DNA of 24,000 nucleotides from an uncultured Gemmatimonadaceae bacterium. Its GTDB lineage: Bacteria; Gemmatimonadota; Gemmatimonadetes; Gemmatimonadales; Gemmatimonadaceae. Both the position numbers and the translations under genes were made by a program. Where the stretch lies: the NCBI GenBank assembly GCA_964649855.1, contig CAZYTS010000023.1, positions 1 through 24,000 of the forward strand, in the 5' to 3' direction. Below the pieces are notes generated by a model. The model was not told where the DNA came from and did not search any database. It saw only the letters and a list, made by a program, of their open reading frames with translations. Positions 9,437 to 18,295 of the stretch are shown piece after piece; positions within the stretch are counted from its first letter, which is position 1, and every line of letters starts with the position of its first letter.

Positions 9437-10672
9437 ATGGCTTTTGGCACCGTTCAACAGGCAATAGACGACATCAGGAACGGCAAGTTCGTGGTTGTCG
9501 CCGATGACGAGGACCGTGAGAACGAGGGAGACCTCATTTGCGCGGCCCAACTCGTCACGGCGGACATGATCAATTTCATGCTCCGCGCAAAGGGGATGAT
9601 CTGCGTTGCACTGACACCAGAGCGGGTAAGAGAACTGGGACTCACAATGCAGGCGCGGGAAAATACAGAAGCCATGCGCACTGCATTCACGCAGAGCATA
9701 GATGCCGCCGAGAAGTACGGAGTCACTACGGGAATCAGCGCATCCGATCGTGCGACGACGATCCGCGTTGCAGGAGACCCGTTGAAGGGTCGCGACGACA
9801 TCAGGAAGCCGGGGCACGTACACCCGCTCAGGTCACGCGAGGGCGGAGTGCTTCAACGAGTCGGCCACACCGAAGCGGCGGTCGATCTCTGCCGCTTTGC
9901 CGGGTTATATCCGGCCGGCGTGATCTGCGAGATACTGGGAGAGGATGGTCAGACCATGCGGCGCGACGCGCTCGATCGGTTTGCCGCCGAACATGGACTC
10001 ACCTTCATAACGGTTGCCGATCTTGTTGCGCATCGTTTGCAGCACGAGCGGCTGGTGCATCGGGTAGCCAGGGCGCGTCTCCCCTCGGACATTGGTGGCG
10101 ATGGCTGGGATGTTGTCGGCTACAGCAACGACGTTGATGATCGCGAGCATGTAGCGCTGGTCTACGGCGATGTTGAAAATGTGCCCGACGTGCTCGTGCG
10201 TATGCACTCCAAATGCCTGACCGGCGACGTCTTTCATTCGCGTCGTTGTGACTGTGGCTGGCAGTTGCATGCAGCCATGGAAATGATTGCCCACGAGGGC
10301 CGGGGAGTGGTGGTTTACCTTGACCAGGAAGGGCGGGGGATTGGCCTTCTCAATAAGCTCAAGGCCTACGAGCTGCAGGATGCCGGGCACGACACCGTGG
10401 AGGCCAACGAAAAGCTTGGCTTCAAGGCAGACCTGCGCAACTATGGCATTGGTGCTCAGATTCTCCTCGATCTGGGCCTAACGAGTATAAGAGTTTTGAC
10501 TAATAATCCGATGAAGCTGGTGGGTCTCAAGGGATACGGGCTGGAGATTGTGGATCGTGTGCGCATAGCCGCACCCACAACCGATGAAAACGCCAGCTAT
10601 CTCGAAACCAAACGCACCAAGCTCGGCCACCTGCTCGGCCAGACCGGAGCACTCCAGGGCGGAAAGAGCTGA
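9437..10672 (+). CDS. ribBA: Bifunctional 3,4-dihydroxy-2-butanone-4-phosphate synthase / GTP cyclohydrolase II
   Basis: 411 aa. DHBP-synthase motif DDEDRENEGDLI and HTEAAVDL. GCH-II half with SKCLTGDVFHSRRCDCGWQL and YLDQEGRGIGLLNKLKAYELQD. Confidence 0.93.
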   Translation: MAFGTVQQAIDDIRNGKFVVVADDEDRENEGDLICAAQLVTADMINFMLRAKGMICVALTPERVRELGLTMQARENTEAMRTAFTQSIDAAEKYGVTTGISASDRATTIRVAGDPLKGRDDIRKPGHVHPLRSREGGVLQRVGHTEAAVDLCRFAGLYPAGVICEILGEDGQTMRRDALDRFAAEHGLTFITVADLVAHRLQHERLVHRVARARLPSDIGGDGWDVVGYSNDVDDREHVALVYGDVENVPDVLVRMHSKCLTGDVFHSRRCDCGWQLHAAMEMIAHEGRGVVVYLDQEGRGIGLLNKLKAYELQDAGHDTVEANEKLGFKADLRNYGIGAQILLDLGLTSIRVLTNNPMKLVGLKGYGLEIVDRVRIAAPTTDENASYLETKRTKLGHLLGQTGALQGGKS

Positions 10673-11151
10673 TGGCGGAGTTCTCCGGTTCACCACGCGG
10701 TAATGGTCGTCGCGTTGCCGTAGTGGTGTCGCGCTTTAACGAACACATCACTCAGCGCCTCCTTGACGGAGCTCTGGATGCTCTCGTCAGGCACGGCGTG
10801 GTGGTCTCGGATGTAGATGTGGCTTGGGTCCCAGGGGCGTGGGAGCTCCCCGGGGCGTTGCGGCGCATGCTTGCAAGCGACAGGTATACCGTAGCAGTAG
10901 CACTCGGAGCCGTGATTCGTGGCGACACTCCGCACTTTGACTATGTTGCCAGTGGTGCTGCCACCGGAATTGCCCAGGCCGAATCCGATTTTGACATGCC
11001 CATTGGATTTGGAGTGCTCACCTGCGATACGCTGGAACAGGCAGAAGCCCGGGCCGGTGGCGCACACGGAAACAAGGGATGGGACGCCGCCCTTGCTGCC
11101 CTCGAAATGGCCGATCTCTTCGACCGTCTGGATGCCGCTGACGCGACGTGA
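10672..11151 (+). CDS. ribH: 6,7-dimethyl-8-ribityllumazine synthase
   Basis: 159 aa. RVAVVVSRFNEHITQRLLDGA, VPGAWELP, GAVIRGDTPHFDYV and NKGWDAALAALEM are typical RibH. The start overlaps the ribBA stop (TGATG). Confidence 0.92.
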   Translation: MAEFSGSPRGNGRRVAVVVSRFNEHITQRLLDGALDALVRHGVVVSDVDVAWVPGAWELPGALRRMLASDRYTVAVALGAVIRGDTPHFDYVASGAATGIAQAESDFDMPIGFGVLTCDTLEQAEARAGGAHGNKGWDAALAALEMADLFDRLDAADAT

Positions 11152-11563
11152 ACAACGCATTCGACGCCGCGCGCGGGCGCGTGCGTTGCAGTCGATCTAT
11201 GCCTGGGACGTCACTCGAAGTGGCGCGCTCGATAAAGTCGCACAGCGTCTCTTTGATGACGTTGCACTGGGCGTCGAGGAACGCGCATTTGCGGGAACAA
11301 TTATCCGTGCTCTGAGCGAGAACGCCGAGGGCATCGACAATGCCCTTGCCACTGTGACCACCAACTGGCGTCTGGATCGCATTGGCGCCATCGAACGTTC
11401 GGTGCTGCGGCTCGCGGCTGCTGAGCTTCTTGACGATTCCGTTCCTCCCAGAGTCGCGATCCAGGAAGCAGTCAAACTGGCAGAGCGCTATGGGTCGCCC
11501 GAGAGCGCACGTTTTGTCAACGGCGTACTGGACGCTCTGGCGCGGAGCACCGGGAGACTCTGA
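11132..11563 (+). CDS. nusB: Transcription antitermination factor NusB
   Basis: The ORF-track entry 10919-11563 is an upstream extension through ribH. The first plausible start is ATG 11132 (MPLTRREQRIRRRARARALQSIYAWD...), overlapping the ribH end by 20 nt. C-terminal AIQEAVKLAERYGSPESARFVNGVLDAL is NusB-like, and ribH-nusB linkage is widely conserved. Confidence 0.85.
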   Translation: MPLTRREQRIRRRARARALQSIYAWDVTRSGALDKVAQRLFDDVALGVEERAFAGTIIRALSENAEGIDNALATVTTNWRLDRIGAIERSVLRLAAAELLDDSVPPRVAIQEAVKLAERYGSPESARFVNGVLDALARSTGRL

Positions 11564-11565
11564 GC

Positions 11566-12669
11566 TTGCGGATCCTAGTCCTCAATTGGCAGGATCGACT
11601 GAACCCGCAAGCGGGTGGCGCAGAGATTCACCTGCACGAAACCTTTGGGCGAATTGCCCAGCGCGGTCATGATGTTACGCTGCTTTGTGGCGGCTGGCCC
11701 GGCTGCCCTCCATCGGACGTGCTCGATGGTATCAAAGTGGTTCGCGTGGGTACTCGTGCTACCTTTGCACTCAAGGCGCGTTCGGCGTTCGGGGAGCTCA
11801 CGCGTGGCGACGCTTTCGACGTCGTAGTCGAGGACATCAACAAGGTGCCCCTCTTCACTCCACGCTGGACTCATTTGCCAGTCGTGGCCGTGGTGCCGCA
11901 CCTGTTTGGGGCGACCGCGTTTCAGGAACTGCCCGCTCCGGTTGCGGCCGCCGTGTGGTTGCTCGAACGGCCGCTCCCCGGTGTATACGCGAATGTGCCC
12001 TTTCAGGTGATCAGCGAGAGCACGAGAGACGACCTCGTTGCACGCGGAATATCCGCCGAACGCATAAGCGTCATCTATTGCGGCATCGACACTGAACGTT
12101 ACCATCCTGACCTCTCCCAGAGGTCGCCAACGCCCGTTTTCGCGTACCTCGGCCGTCTCAAGAAGTACAAGAGGGTAGACCTGATCTTGCAGGCTTTTTC
12201 GAGACTGGGTCGGGACGACGCCGTGCTCGAGATCGCCGGTGCCGGTGACTATCGAGGCGAGCTCGAGCGCATTGCCCGGTCGCTTGACCTTGGGGGACGT
12301 GTGCGGTTTCTTGGGCGGATAAGCGAGAGTGAAAAGCTCGCGCTGCTTCGCCGTTCCTGGGCATTGGCTTTCACCTCACCCAAGGAGGGGTGGGGCATCA
12401 CGAATCTCGAGGCGGCTGCCTGCTGTACGCCGGTTGTCGCGTCTGATTCACCTGGCATTCGCGAGTCTGTACGCCACGGAGTGACTGGTTTCTTAGCACC
12501 GCATGGAGATGTCGAAGCGCTGGCGACTTACATGCGTCAGGTCGCCGCCGATCGTTCGCTGGTAGAAACGCTCGGAAGCGCCGCACGCGAATTTGCTCTC
12601 GGTTTTACGTGGGAACGCACTGCAAAGGAGACAGAATCCGAACTGGAGAAACATGCAGCAAGGAGGTAA
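11566..12669 (+). CDS. Glycosyltransferase, family 4 (GT-B fold), acceptor unknown
   Basis: 367 aa, TTG start 2 nt after the nusB stop. N-terminal MRILVLNWQD...GGAEIH, and a C-terminal GT1/GT4 core with PKEGWGITNLEAAACCTPVVASDSPGIRESV (E-x7-E-type motif). Confidence 0.85.
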   Translation: MRILVLNWQDRLNPQAGGAEIHLHETFGRIAQRGHDVTLLCGGWPGCPPSDVLDGIKVVRVGTRATFALKARSAFGELTRGDAFDVVVEDINKVPLFTPRWTHLPVVAVVPHLFGATAFQELPAPVAAAVWLLERPLPGVYANVPFQVISESTRDDLVARGISAERISVIYCGIDTERYHPDLSQRSPTPVFAYLGRLKKYKRVDLILQAFSRLGRDDAVLEIAGAGDYRGELERIARSLDLGGRVRFLGRISESEKLALLRRSWALAFTSPKEGWGITNLEAAACCTPVVASDSPGIRESVRHGVTGFLAPHGDVEALATYMRQVAADRSLVETLGSAAREFALGFTWERTAKETESELEKHAARR

Positions 12670-12673
12670 CGGA

Positions 12674-12985
12674 ATGGATATCGTATGGCATGCCCACAAG
12701 GCGGTAGTATCTCCGCGCCTTCGATCACGCGCGGAACGCGGGGTGGAGAAGGCTGCGTCGCGCCTCAATCGCACCGTGATAGCCAGCATTCGTTTCGAAC
12801 GTGAACTGACGCGCTGCCGCGTTGAACTGATGCTGCACGCGCCCCGTCACAAAACGCTCATTGCAGAAGGGTGGGGGCGCTACTATGGTCCAGCCCTTGC
12901 AACAGCTCTCGATCATCTGGAGACGCAAGTAGGTCGCAACCGCAGGACAGCCAAGCAGCGCACAGCCAACATCGCACGTTCGTGA
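12674..12985 (+). CDS. hpf: Ribosome hibernation promoting factor / RaiA (sigma-54 modulation protein) family, short and divergent
   Basis: 103 aa from ATG 12674, preceded by a perfect AGGAGG (12661-12666, 7-nt spacer). The pattern MDIV...V.P.LR...E..V.K...L.R..IASIRFE.E....RVELMLH..........G...Y.A...ALD.LE.QV.R.R...K.R follows the HPF/YfiA template. Its position directly upstream of hprK matches the conserved hpf-PTS regulatory neighbourhood. The track start at 12593 lies inside the glycosyltransferase gene. Confidence 0.6.
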   Translation: MDIVWHAHKAVVSPRLRSRAERGVEKAASRLNRTVIASIRFERELTRCRVELMLHAPRHKTLIAEGWGRYYGPALATALDHLETQVGRNRRTAKQRTANIARS

Positions 12986-13953
12986 ACCGCTCAACCACTG
13001 TAGGAAAGCTTATATCACGACTTTCCGGAACGCTTCCCATTGAGCAGTTAGGCGGCGAATACGGACACGATCGCGAACTCACCAACGCAGATATCTCCAG
13101 TCCCGGTCTGGCTCTGGCCGGATACGTCGGCCGCTTCATGTCCGACCGGGCTCAGGTTATTGGCGAAACAGAAATGACGTACCTCGCTTCGCTTGGCGAG
13201 GCGGAACGGCGCAAGAATCTTGAGCTCTTCTTTTCGTATCCGATCCCCTGCGTTTTTGTTACCAAGGGTCTGGAGCCGGTGGAGCATTTTCTGGAACTGG
13301 CCGTTCGGGGCCAGATTCCTGTCATTCGTACTTCAATCAAGACCAACGAGTTCTACCGTAGGGTAAAGCCGGTTATGGAGGAGTTGCTTGCTCCAACCGC
13401 AACTCTTCACGGTTCGCTGGCCGACGTCTATGGTGTAGGTGTGCTCTTTACCGGGGATAGCGGAATTGGCAAGTCAGAATGCGTTCTGGATCTGGTTGAG
13501 CGCGGGCACCGCCTCGTTGCGGACGATCTTGTTATAGTCACGCGCCGGGGGAACGATGTTCTGATCGGGCGTGGACACGAGCTGCAGCGGCACTATATGG
13601 AAATCCGTGGTGTTGGCCTTATCGATATTCCGGCCATTTTTGGTATTCACGCCGTGAGGCAGCAGAAACGCCTCGAAGTGGTGGTGCAACTCAAGGAATG
13701 GTCCGAAGATTCCGTGGTGGATCGGACCGGACTCGATGGTGAAATGACAACCATTCTCGGTGTCGAGATTCCGGTCACCACGGTGTTCCTGAACCCGGGC
13801 AAGAACATCACAGTCATAGGCGAAGTGATTGCCATGAACCACTTGCTTCGCTACAGCGGTGTAGATGCGGCGGAGGCATTCAATCAGCGACTAATGGGCA
13901 CCATGCGGCAGCGCGCAGACGTGCGCAGATACCTGGTAGAAGACGATGAGTAG
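12982..13953 (+). CDS. hprK: HPr kinase/phosphorylase
   Basis: In-frame GTG 12982 overlaps the hpf stop (GTGA), giving 324 aa; the track start 12871 would run through hpf. Motifs: Walker-A-like GDSGIGKSE, GHRLVADDLV, and the signature MEIRGVGLIDIPAIFG. Confidence 0.9.
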   Translation: MNRSTTVGKLISRLSGTLPIEQLGGEYGHDRELTNADISSPGLALAGYVGRFMSDRAQVIGETEMTYLASLGEAERRKNLELFFSYPIPCVFVTKGLEPVEHFLELAVRGQIPVIRTSIKTNEFYRRVKPVMEELLAPTATLHGSLADVYGVGVLFTGDSGIGKSECVLDLVERGHRLVADDLVIVTRRGNDVLIGRGHELQRHYMEIRGVGLIDIPAIFGIHAVRQQKRLEVVVQLKEWSEDSVVDRTGLDGEMTTILGVEIPVTTVFLNPGKNITVIGEVIAMNHLLRYSGVDAAEAFNQRLMGTMRQRADVRRYLVEDDE

Positions 13954-14350
13954 TGTGGCAATCATCGCGGGTCACGCTTCATTTGCTGCGGGGATGCTTT
14001 CGGCAATTGAGCAGATCACCGGTCGCGGTGACGTTTTTGTGGGCGTCACCAATCGTGACCTGAGTGCCGCGGGCGTGGAGGCCGCCATGCGCAAGGCTCT
14101 GGACGACAGCGCCGCAACCGTGATTTTTACCGACCTACCGGCCGGTAGCTGTACCATGGCTGCGAGACGTCTTCAGCGCGAACGCCCTGAACTCACTCTG
14201 GTGGTTGGAGTAAATCTCGCAACTCTGATCGACTTTGTATTTGGAATCGACGGTGATGTTTCACAGGCCGCGATACACGCTGCCGAAAAGGGCAAAGCCG
14301 CGCTTCAGCCCGTAAGTACTCCATCTGGAGGGCACGCCGGTGGCGCTTGA
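13946..14350 (+). CDS. PTS mannose/fructose/sorbose-family EIIA component
   Basis: 134 aa. N-terminal VAIIAGHASFAAGMLSAIEQITG places a His at about position 10, the phospho-His position of EIIA-Man. The start overlaps the hprK end by 8 nt. Confidence 0.8.
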   Translation: MSSVAIIAGHASFAAGMLSAIEQITGRGDVFVGVTNRDLSAAGVEAAMRKALDDSAATVIFTDLPAGSCTMAARRLQRERPELTLVVGVNLATLIDFVFGIDGDVSQAAIHAAEKGKAALQPVSTPSGGHAGGA

Positions 14351-14831
14351 ACTCTATCGCATCGATGACAGACTGATCCATGGCCAGGTTGTGGTGGGCT
14401 GGGGCCAGCCGCTCGATCTCGGGTTCATTGTGCTCGTGGACGACGAAGTTGCTGCCAGTGATTGGGAGCAGGAGCTCTATCGAATGGGCGTTCCCCCTGA
14501 GATGGACGTCTACTTTGAATCCGTCTCGTCGGCGGCTGATCGTCTCGACACCTTTGTTTCGGATCCACGCAAGGGAATGCTCCTTACCGGAGATATCGAA
14601 ACCATGGTGCGTCTGGCCAACCAGGCCGACGACATTCGCTACGTCAACCTTGGCGGAATTCACCACAAGAGCGGCAGGGTGCAGCGTCTGCGTTACCTCT
14701 TTCTTTCGCCCGATGAAGAGGCGTCCCTAAAGCAGCTCGCCGGTAGGGGCATTGCCATAACCGCGCAGGACGTGCCCGCTGCTCGCCCCCTGTCGCTCGA
14801 AGAGGTTCTGGACGGAGAAGGGCTACGTTGA
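14340..14831 (+). CDS. PTS mannose/sorbose-family EIIB component
   Basis: 163 aa, GTG start overlapping the EIIA end by 11 nt. N-terminal LYRIDDRLIHGQVVVGW carries the EIIB-Man/Sor phospho-His motif (RIDDRLIHGQV). Confidence 0.85.
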   Translation: MALELYRIDDRLIHGQVVVGWGQPLDLGFIVLVDDEVAASDWEQELYRMGVPPEMDVYFESVSSAADRLDTFVSDPRKGMLLTGDIETMVRLANQADDIRYVNLGGIHHKSGRVQRLRYLFLSPDEEASLKQLAGRGIAITAQDVPAARPLSLEEVLDGEGLR

Positions 14832-15511
14832 CCCTCCCCGACCTTGCAATAGTTGGGGTCCTGGGGGCAGTTCTGGGCCTCGACGTCGTTTCATTTCCGC
14901 AGGCCATGCTGTCGCTGTCAATCGTCGCCTGCACCCTTACCGCGGGACTTCTCTGTGCCGCAACCGCCGGCCTCTTGCTGGGGGTGCTCGTTGAGTTCTT
15001 CGCGTTGGAAACCCTACCGGTTGGCGCATCGCGCTACCCAGAGTGGGGATCATCCTCGGCGGTGGGTGGTGCGCTCGTTGGCGTGGGGCCTACGCCAGGA
15101 CCTGGTAGCATTCTCATGGCGGTGATTGCTACGCTGGCAATGGCATGGGTAGGGGGTTGGTCGATGGTGCAGCTGCGACGACTGAACGCTCTCTGGGCCC
15201 GTCGTCGGCATGAGGCAATAGCCGCGGGGTCGAGGCGTGTGGTGGTGGGACTCCAGCTTTATGGTCTTACTGCGGACCTGATTCGCGGTGGGTTAATGAC
15301 GATGGTAGGCATTGCTGCATTTGCGCCGGCGTCGGCATGGGCCTTGGAACGCTGGAGCCTTGGCGATACGCTCACTCGCCTCTTACTGGTTGGCATTGGT
15401 GGAGTCACGGCTGCCGGCGCCGTATACAAGGTGTTTCACGGAACCTCGCACACCAGATGGTACTTCGTAGCTGGTCTGGCTGTAGGTACACTCCTGCTCC
15501 TATGGCGATGA
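14828..15511 (+). CDS. PTS mannose-family EIIC membrane component (short, divergent)
   Basis: 227 aa, TTG start overlapping the EIIB stop. Polytopic and hydrophobic. The N-terminal pattern LGLDVVSFPQAMLSLSIVACTLTAGLL...GVLVEFFALETLPVGAS parallels ManY/EII-Sor (LD..QF.RPIVA..L.G...G...G...EL..L...P.GA). Confidence 0.7.
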   Translation: MTLPDLAIVGVLGAVLGLDVVSFPQAMLSLSIVACTLTAGLLCAATAGLLLGVLVEFFALETLPVGASRYPEWGSSSAVGGALVGVGPTPGPGSILMAVIATLAMAWVGGWSMVQLRRLNALWARRRHEAIAAGSRRVVVGLQLYGLTADLIRGGLMTMVGIAAFAPASAWALERWSLGDTLTRLLLVGIGGVTAAGAVYKVFHGTSHTRWYFVAGLAVGTLLLLWR

Positions 15512-16266
15512 GCGAAGCGATCAAGGTGCCTGTGTCTACGAGAGCTGCGATATTTCTTCGTATGCTCGCGATTCAGGCGTCGTGGAACTACGAAACGCTC
15601 GTGGGCAACGGAATCGGCTTTGCTGTAGAGCCGGCGTTGAGGCTGTTGCCGGGTGGGCCCGATGGCGAAGCCTACCGGGAAGCGTTGGCGCGGCAGAGCC
15701 AGTACTTCAATGCGCACCCCTATACGGCGGCGGTGGCGGTAGGGGCGCTGGCCAGAATCGAGCTTGATGGCGAGGACCCCACAAAGATTACGCGATTCCG
15801 GACGGCGCTCTGCGGTCCTTTGGGCGGCATTGGTGACAGGCTTGTGTGGGCTTCGTGGCTTCCGCTAAGCGCGCTGTTGGGGCTCTTGGCCTTTGGCCTT
15901 GGAGGCGGTGCTGGAGCCACGCTTCTGGTGTTTCTCTGCGTTTATAACGCCGGGCATCTGGCGCTGCGGCTCTGGGGGATGGAGGTTGGCTTGCGCCACG
16001 GGATGAAAGTGGCGCAGTCTCTCGGGCATCCGATCCTGCGGAGCGGTCCGCAACATTTGAGTCGTGCCGGTGCTTTACTGGCGGGAGCAGCGATTCCGCT
16101 GGCAATACAGCGTGAGGTCGCCGAGGAGGGGCGACTTCTGTTTGGGCTCCTTTTGATGGTTTGTGCGGGTGGCCTTGCAATCTCGCGCCTTCGTGGTCGC
16201 TATGAGATCTGGAAGTGGTCGCTTGGAGTGCTTGCAGTGATCGCCCTTTACTCGGTACTCAGTTAA
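15508..16266 (+). CDS. PTS mannose-family EIID membrane component
   Basis: Start at ATG 15508 (ATGA overlap with the EIIC stop) or ATG 15502; the track start 15337 overlaps EIIC by 175 nt. Contains FLRMLAIQASWNYETLVGNGIGFAVEPAL and YFNAHPYTAAVAVGA, which match the ManZ/EIID-AGA hallmark (FLQASWNYERMQ...FFNTHPY). Confidence 0.8.
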   Translation: MSEAIKVPVSTRAAIFLRMLAIQASWNYETLVGNGIGFAVEPALRLLPGGPDGEAYREALARQSQYFNAHPYTAAVAVGALARIELDGEDPTKITRFRTALCGPLGGIGDRLVWASWLPLSALLGLLAFGLGGGAGATLLVFLCVYNAGHLALRLWGMEVGLRHGMKVAQSLGHPILRSGPQHLSRAGALLAGAAIPLAIQREVAEEGRLLFGLLLMVCAGGLAISRLRGRYEIWKWSLGVLAVIALYSVLS

Positions 16267-16532
16267 TGGTCGAACGCTCGGTTCAGATTACAAACAAGAA
16301 CGGCATCCATGCCAGGCCGGCGGCAGAGATCGTCAAGCTGGCGGCTAAATACAAGAGCCAGATCACGCTCTGCCGGGATGATCTGGAGGTGAACGGCAAG
16401 AGCATCATGGGAGTGATGATGCTTGCGGCGGAGTTTGGATCGCAGGTGCGGTTGCGGGCCGAGGGGCCCGACGCCAGCGAAGCGATTCAGGCCATCGAGG
16501 GTCTGATCAGTGATGGTTTTGGCGAGAGCTGA
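16266..16532 (+). CDS. ptsH: Phosphocarrier protein HPr
   Basis: 88 aa from ATG 16266 (TAATG overlap with the EIID stop). His-15 region NKNGIHARPAAEIV and the regulatory Ser-46 region NGKSIMGVMMLAA (HprK target) are both intact. Confidence 0.9.
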   Translation: MVERSVQITNKNGIHARPAAEIVKLAAKYKSQITLCRDDLEVNGKSIMGVMMLAAEFGSQVRLRAEGPDASEAIQAIEGLISDGFGES

Positions 16533-18295
16533 TGGAGCGCGTCTTCAACGGAGTATCGGCGTCACCAGGCATCGTCCTCGGCCCTGTGCATCTTTTGCAT
16601 TGGGAGGTCCCCGACGTCGCCCACCGGATAATTTCAGACGAGGAGATTCCGGGGGAGCAGCATCGTTTTAGAGAAGCGCTGGCAAAGGCAAAACAGAAGT
16701 TGCGGGCGATCGCGGCGCGTGCTGGCAAGAACGCTGGACCCGAAGAAGCTGCCATTTTCGAGGTTCAGATCAGCATCCTGGACGATCCGGAGTTCCTCGG
16801 CAAAGTCGATTCGTATATCCGGCAGAACATTGGAGCCGAGAAGGCTTTCGACGTGGTGATGCTGGAGTGGCGGCAACAGTTTGCCCGCAGTTCCGCGCCA
16901 ATGATGCGCGAGCGGGTTGGCGACCTGACCGACGTGCACATCCGCGTTCTATCGGTTCTCCTGGGTCTGGGTGATCACGACCCTGTGGACGTGCAGCCGG
17001 GGGCAGGAGCGATACTGGTAACGCACGACCTCACTCCCAGCCTGACGGTTCAGCTGGACCGCGAAGCGATTGCGGGTATTGCCACCGATTCCGGTACGCG
17101 TACGTCGCACGTGGCAATCCTTGCACGCTCGTTAGGCCTCCCGGCGGTGGTTGGTCTCCGTGACGCGACCAGCCGTTTGCGGGGCGACGAATTCATGGTG
17201 CTCGATGGCTCGAGCGGGATGCTTATAGTCAACCCGAGCGAAGCCGAGATCGAGACATTCAGGCATCGCGCTGCCGTTGAGGCTCAGGACGAAGCCGAAC
17301 TCCAGAAAACCGCAGATGCCGATGCTGTCACCACAGATGGAGTGCGGCTGACGATTCGTGCCAATGTTGATCTGCCCGACGAAGCAGAGTTTGCAGCGCG
17401 GAGCGGAGCCAAGGGCGTCGGCCTCATGCGGACTGAGTTCCTTGTGGTTGGCAGAACCACCATGCCGGACGAGGAAGAACAGTACCGTACATACGCCAAA
17501 GTCGTTGAGGCGTTTGGCGGCGACCCGGTAACTATTCGCACCTTTGATATTGGTGGTGACAAACTACCGGTTGGTGGATTCCCGCACGAAGCAAATCCCT
17601 TTCTTGGGTGGCGCGCGATTCGCATGTGCCTGGATGAGGCCGATCTGTTCAAGGTGCAGCTACGCGCGCTCTTAAGGGCCGGAACGCATGGGGATGTGCG
17701 GATCATGCTGCCGCTGGTTGTAACGCTCGAAGAAGTAACGGCCACGCGAGCTCTTCTCAAGGAATGCATCCGCGAGCTCGAAGCCCGAAACGTGCCTTTC
17801 AGGCGCGACGTGCCCATAGGTGTGATGATCGAAACGCCAGCTGCAGCAGTTGGCGCCGATACATTTGCCGAGGATGCTGAGTTCTTTAGTATCGGCACAA
17901 ATGACCTGGTGCAGTACACGCTTGCAGTGGATCGCGGCAATGCCAACATGGCGCAACGTTATACCCCGCTTCATCCATCGGTCCTGAGACTCATCAGGCA
18001 TATTGGCCGCGTGGGCTCCGACGCAGGTCTCGAAGTGTGCGTATGCGGAGAAATGGCCTCTGAGCCCCTCATGGCTTTTGTGCTCGTGGGGCTTGGCATC
18101 AGGCAACTCAGCGTAAATCCCCGCTCAGTTCCGCTCATCAAACGCGTGATTCGAGGAATCAGCGAGTCTTTTGCCCGTGAAGCCGCAGACGCTGCCCTCA
18201 GGTCAAAGACGGCAGAAGAAGCGCGTCGTGAGCTCGAATTCAGGCTCCGAGCCGCCTTCGGTAACGTGGCCTTCTTACGAGACGGCGCAGCCTGA
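16532..18295 (+). CDS. ptsI: Phosphoenolpyruvate--protein phosphotransferase (PTS Enzyme I)
   Basis: 587 aa, start overlaps the HPr stop (TGATG). Active-site His region DSGTRTSHVAILARSLGLPAVVG, the PEP-utilising domain GLMRTEFL, and IGTNDLVQYTLAVDRGN. No N-terminal GAF domain, so it is EI rather than EI-Ntr. Confidence 0.92.
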   Translation: MERVFNGVSASPGIVLGPVHLLHWEVPDVAHRIISDEEIPGEQHRFREALAKAKQKLRAIAARAGKNAGPEEAAIFEVQISILDDPEFLGKVDSYIRQNIGAEKAFDVVMLEWRQQFARSSAPMMRERVGDLTDVHIRVLSVLLGLGDHDPVDVQPGAGAILVTHDLTPSLTVQLDREAIAGIATDSGTRTSHVAILARSLGLPAVVGLRDATSRLRGDEFMVLDGSSGMLIVNPSEAEIETFRHRAAVEAQDEAELQKTADADAVTTDGVRLTIRANVDLPDEAEFAARSGAKGVGLMRTEFLVVGRTTMPDEEEQYRTYAKVVEAFGGDPVTIRTFDIGGDKLPVGGFPHEANPFLGWRAIRMCLDEADLFKVQLRALLRAGTHGDVRIMLPLVVTLEEVTATRALLKECIRELEARNVPFRRDVPIGVMIETPAAAVGADTFAEDAEFFSIGTNDLVQYTLAVDRGNANMAQRYTPLHPSVLRLIRHIGRVGSDAGLEVCVCGEMASEPLMAFVLVGLGIRQLSVNPRSVPLIKRVIRGISESFAREAADAALRSKTAEEARRELEFRLRAAFGNVAFLRDGAA

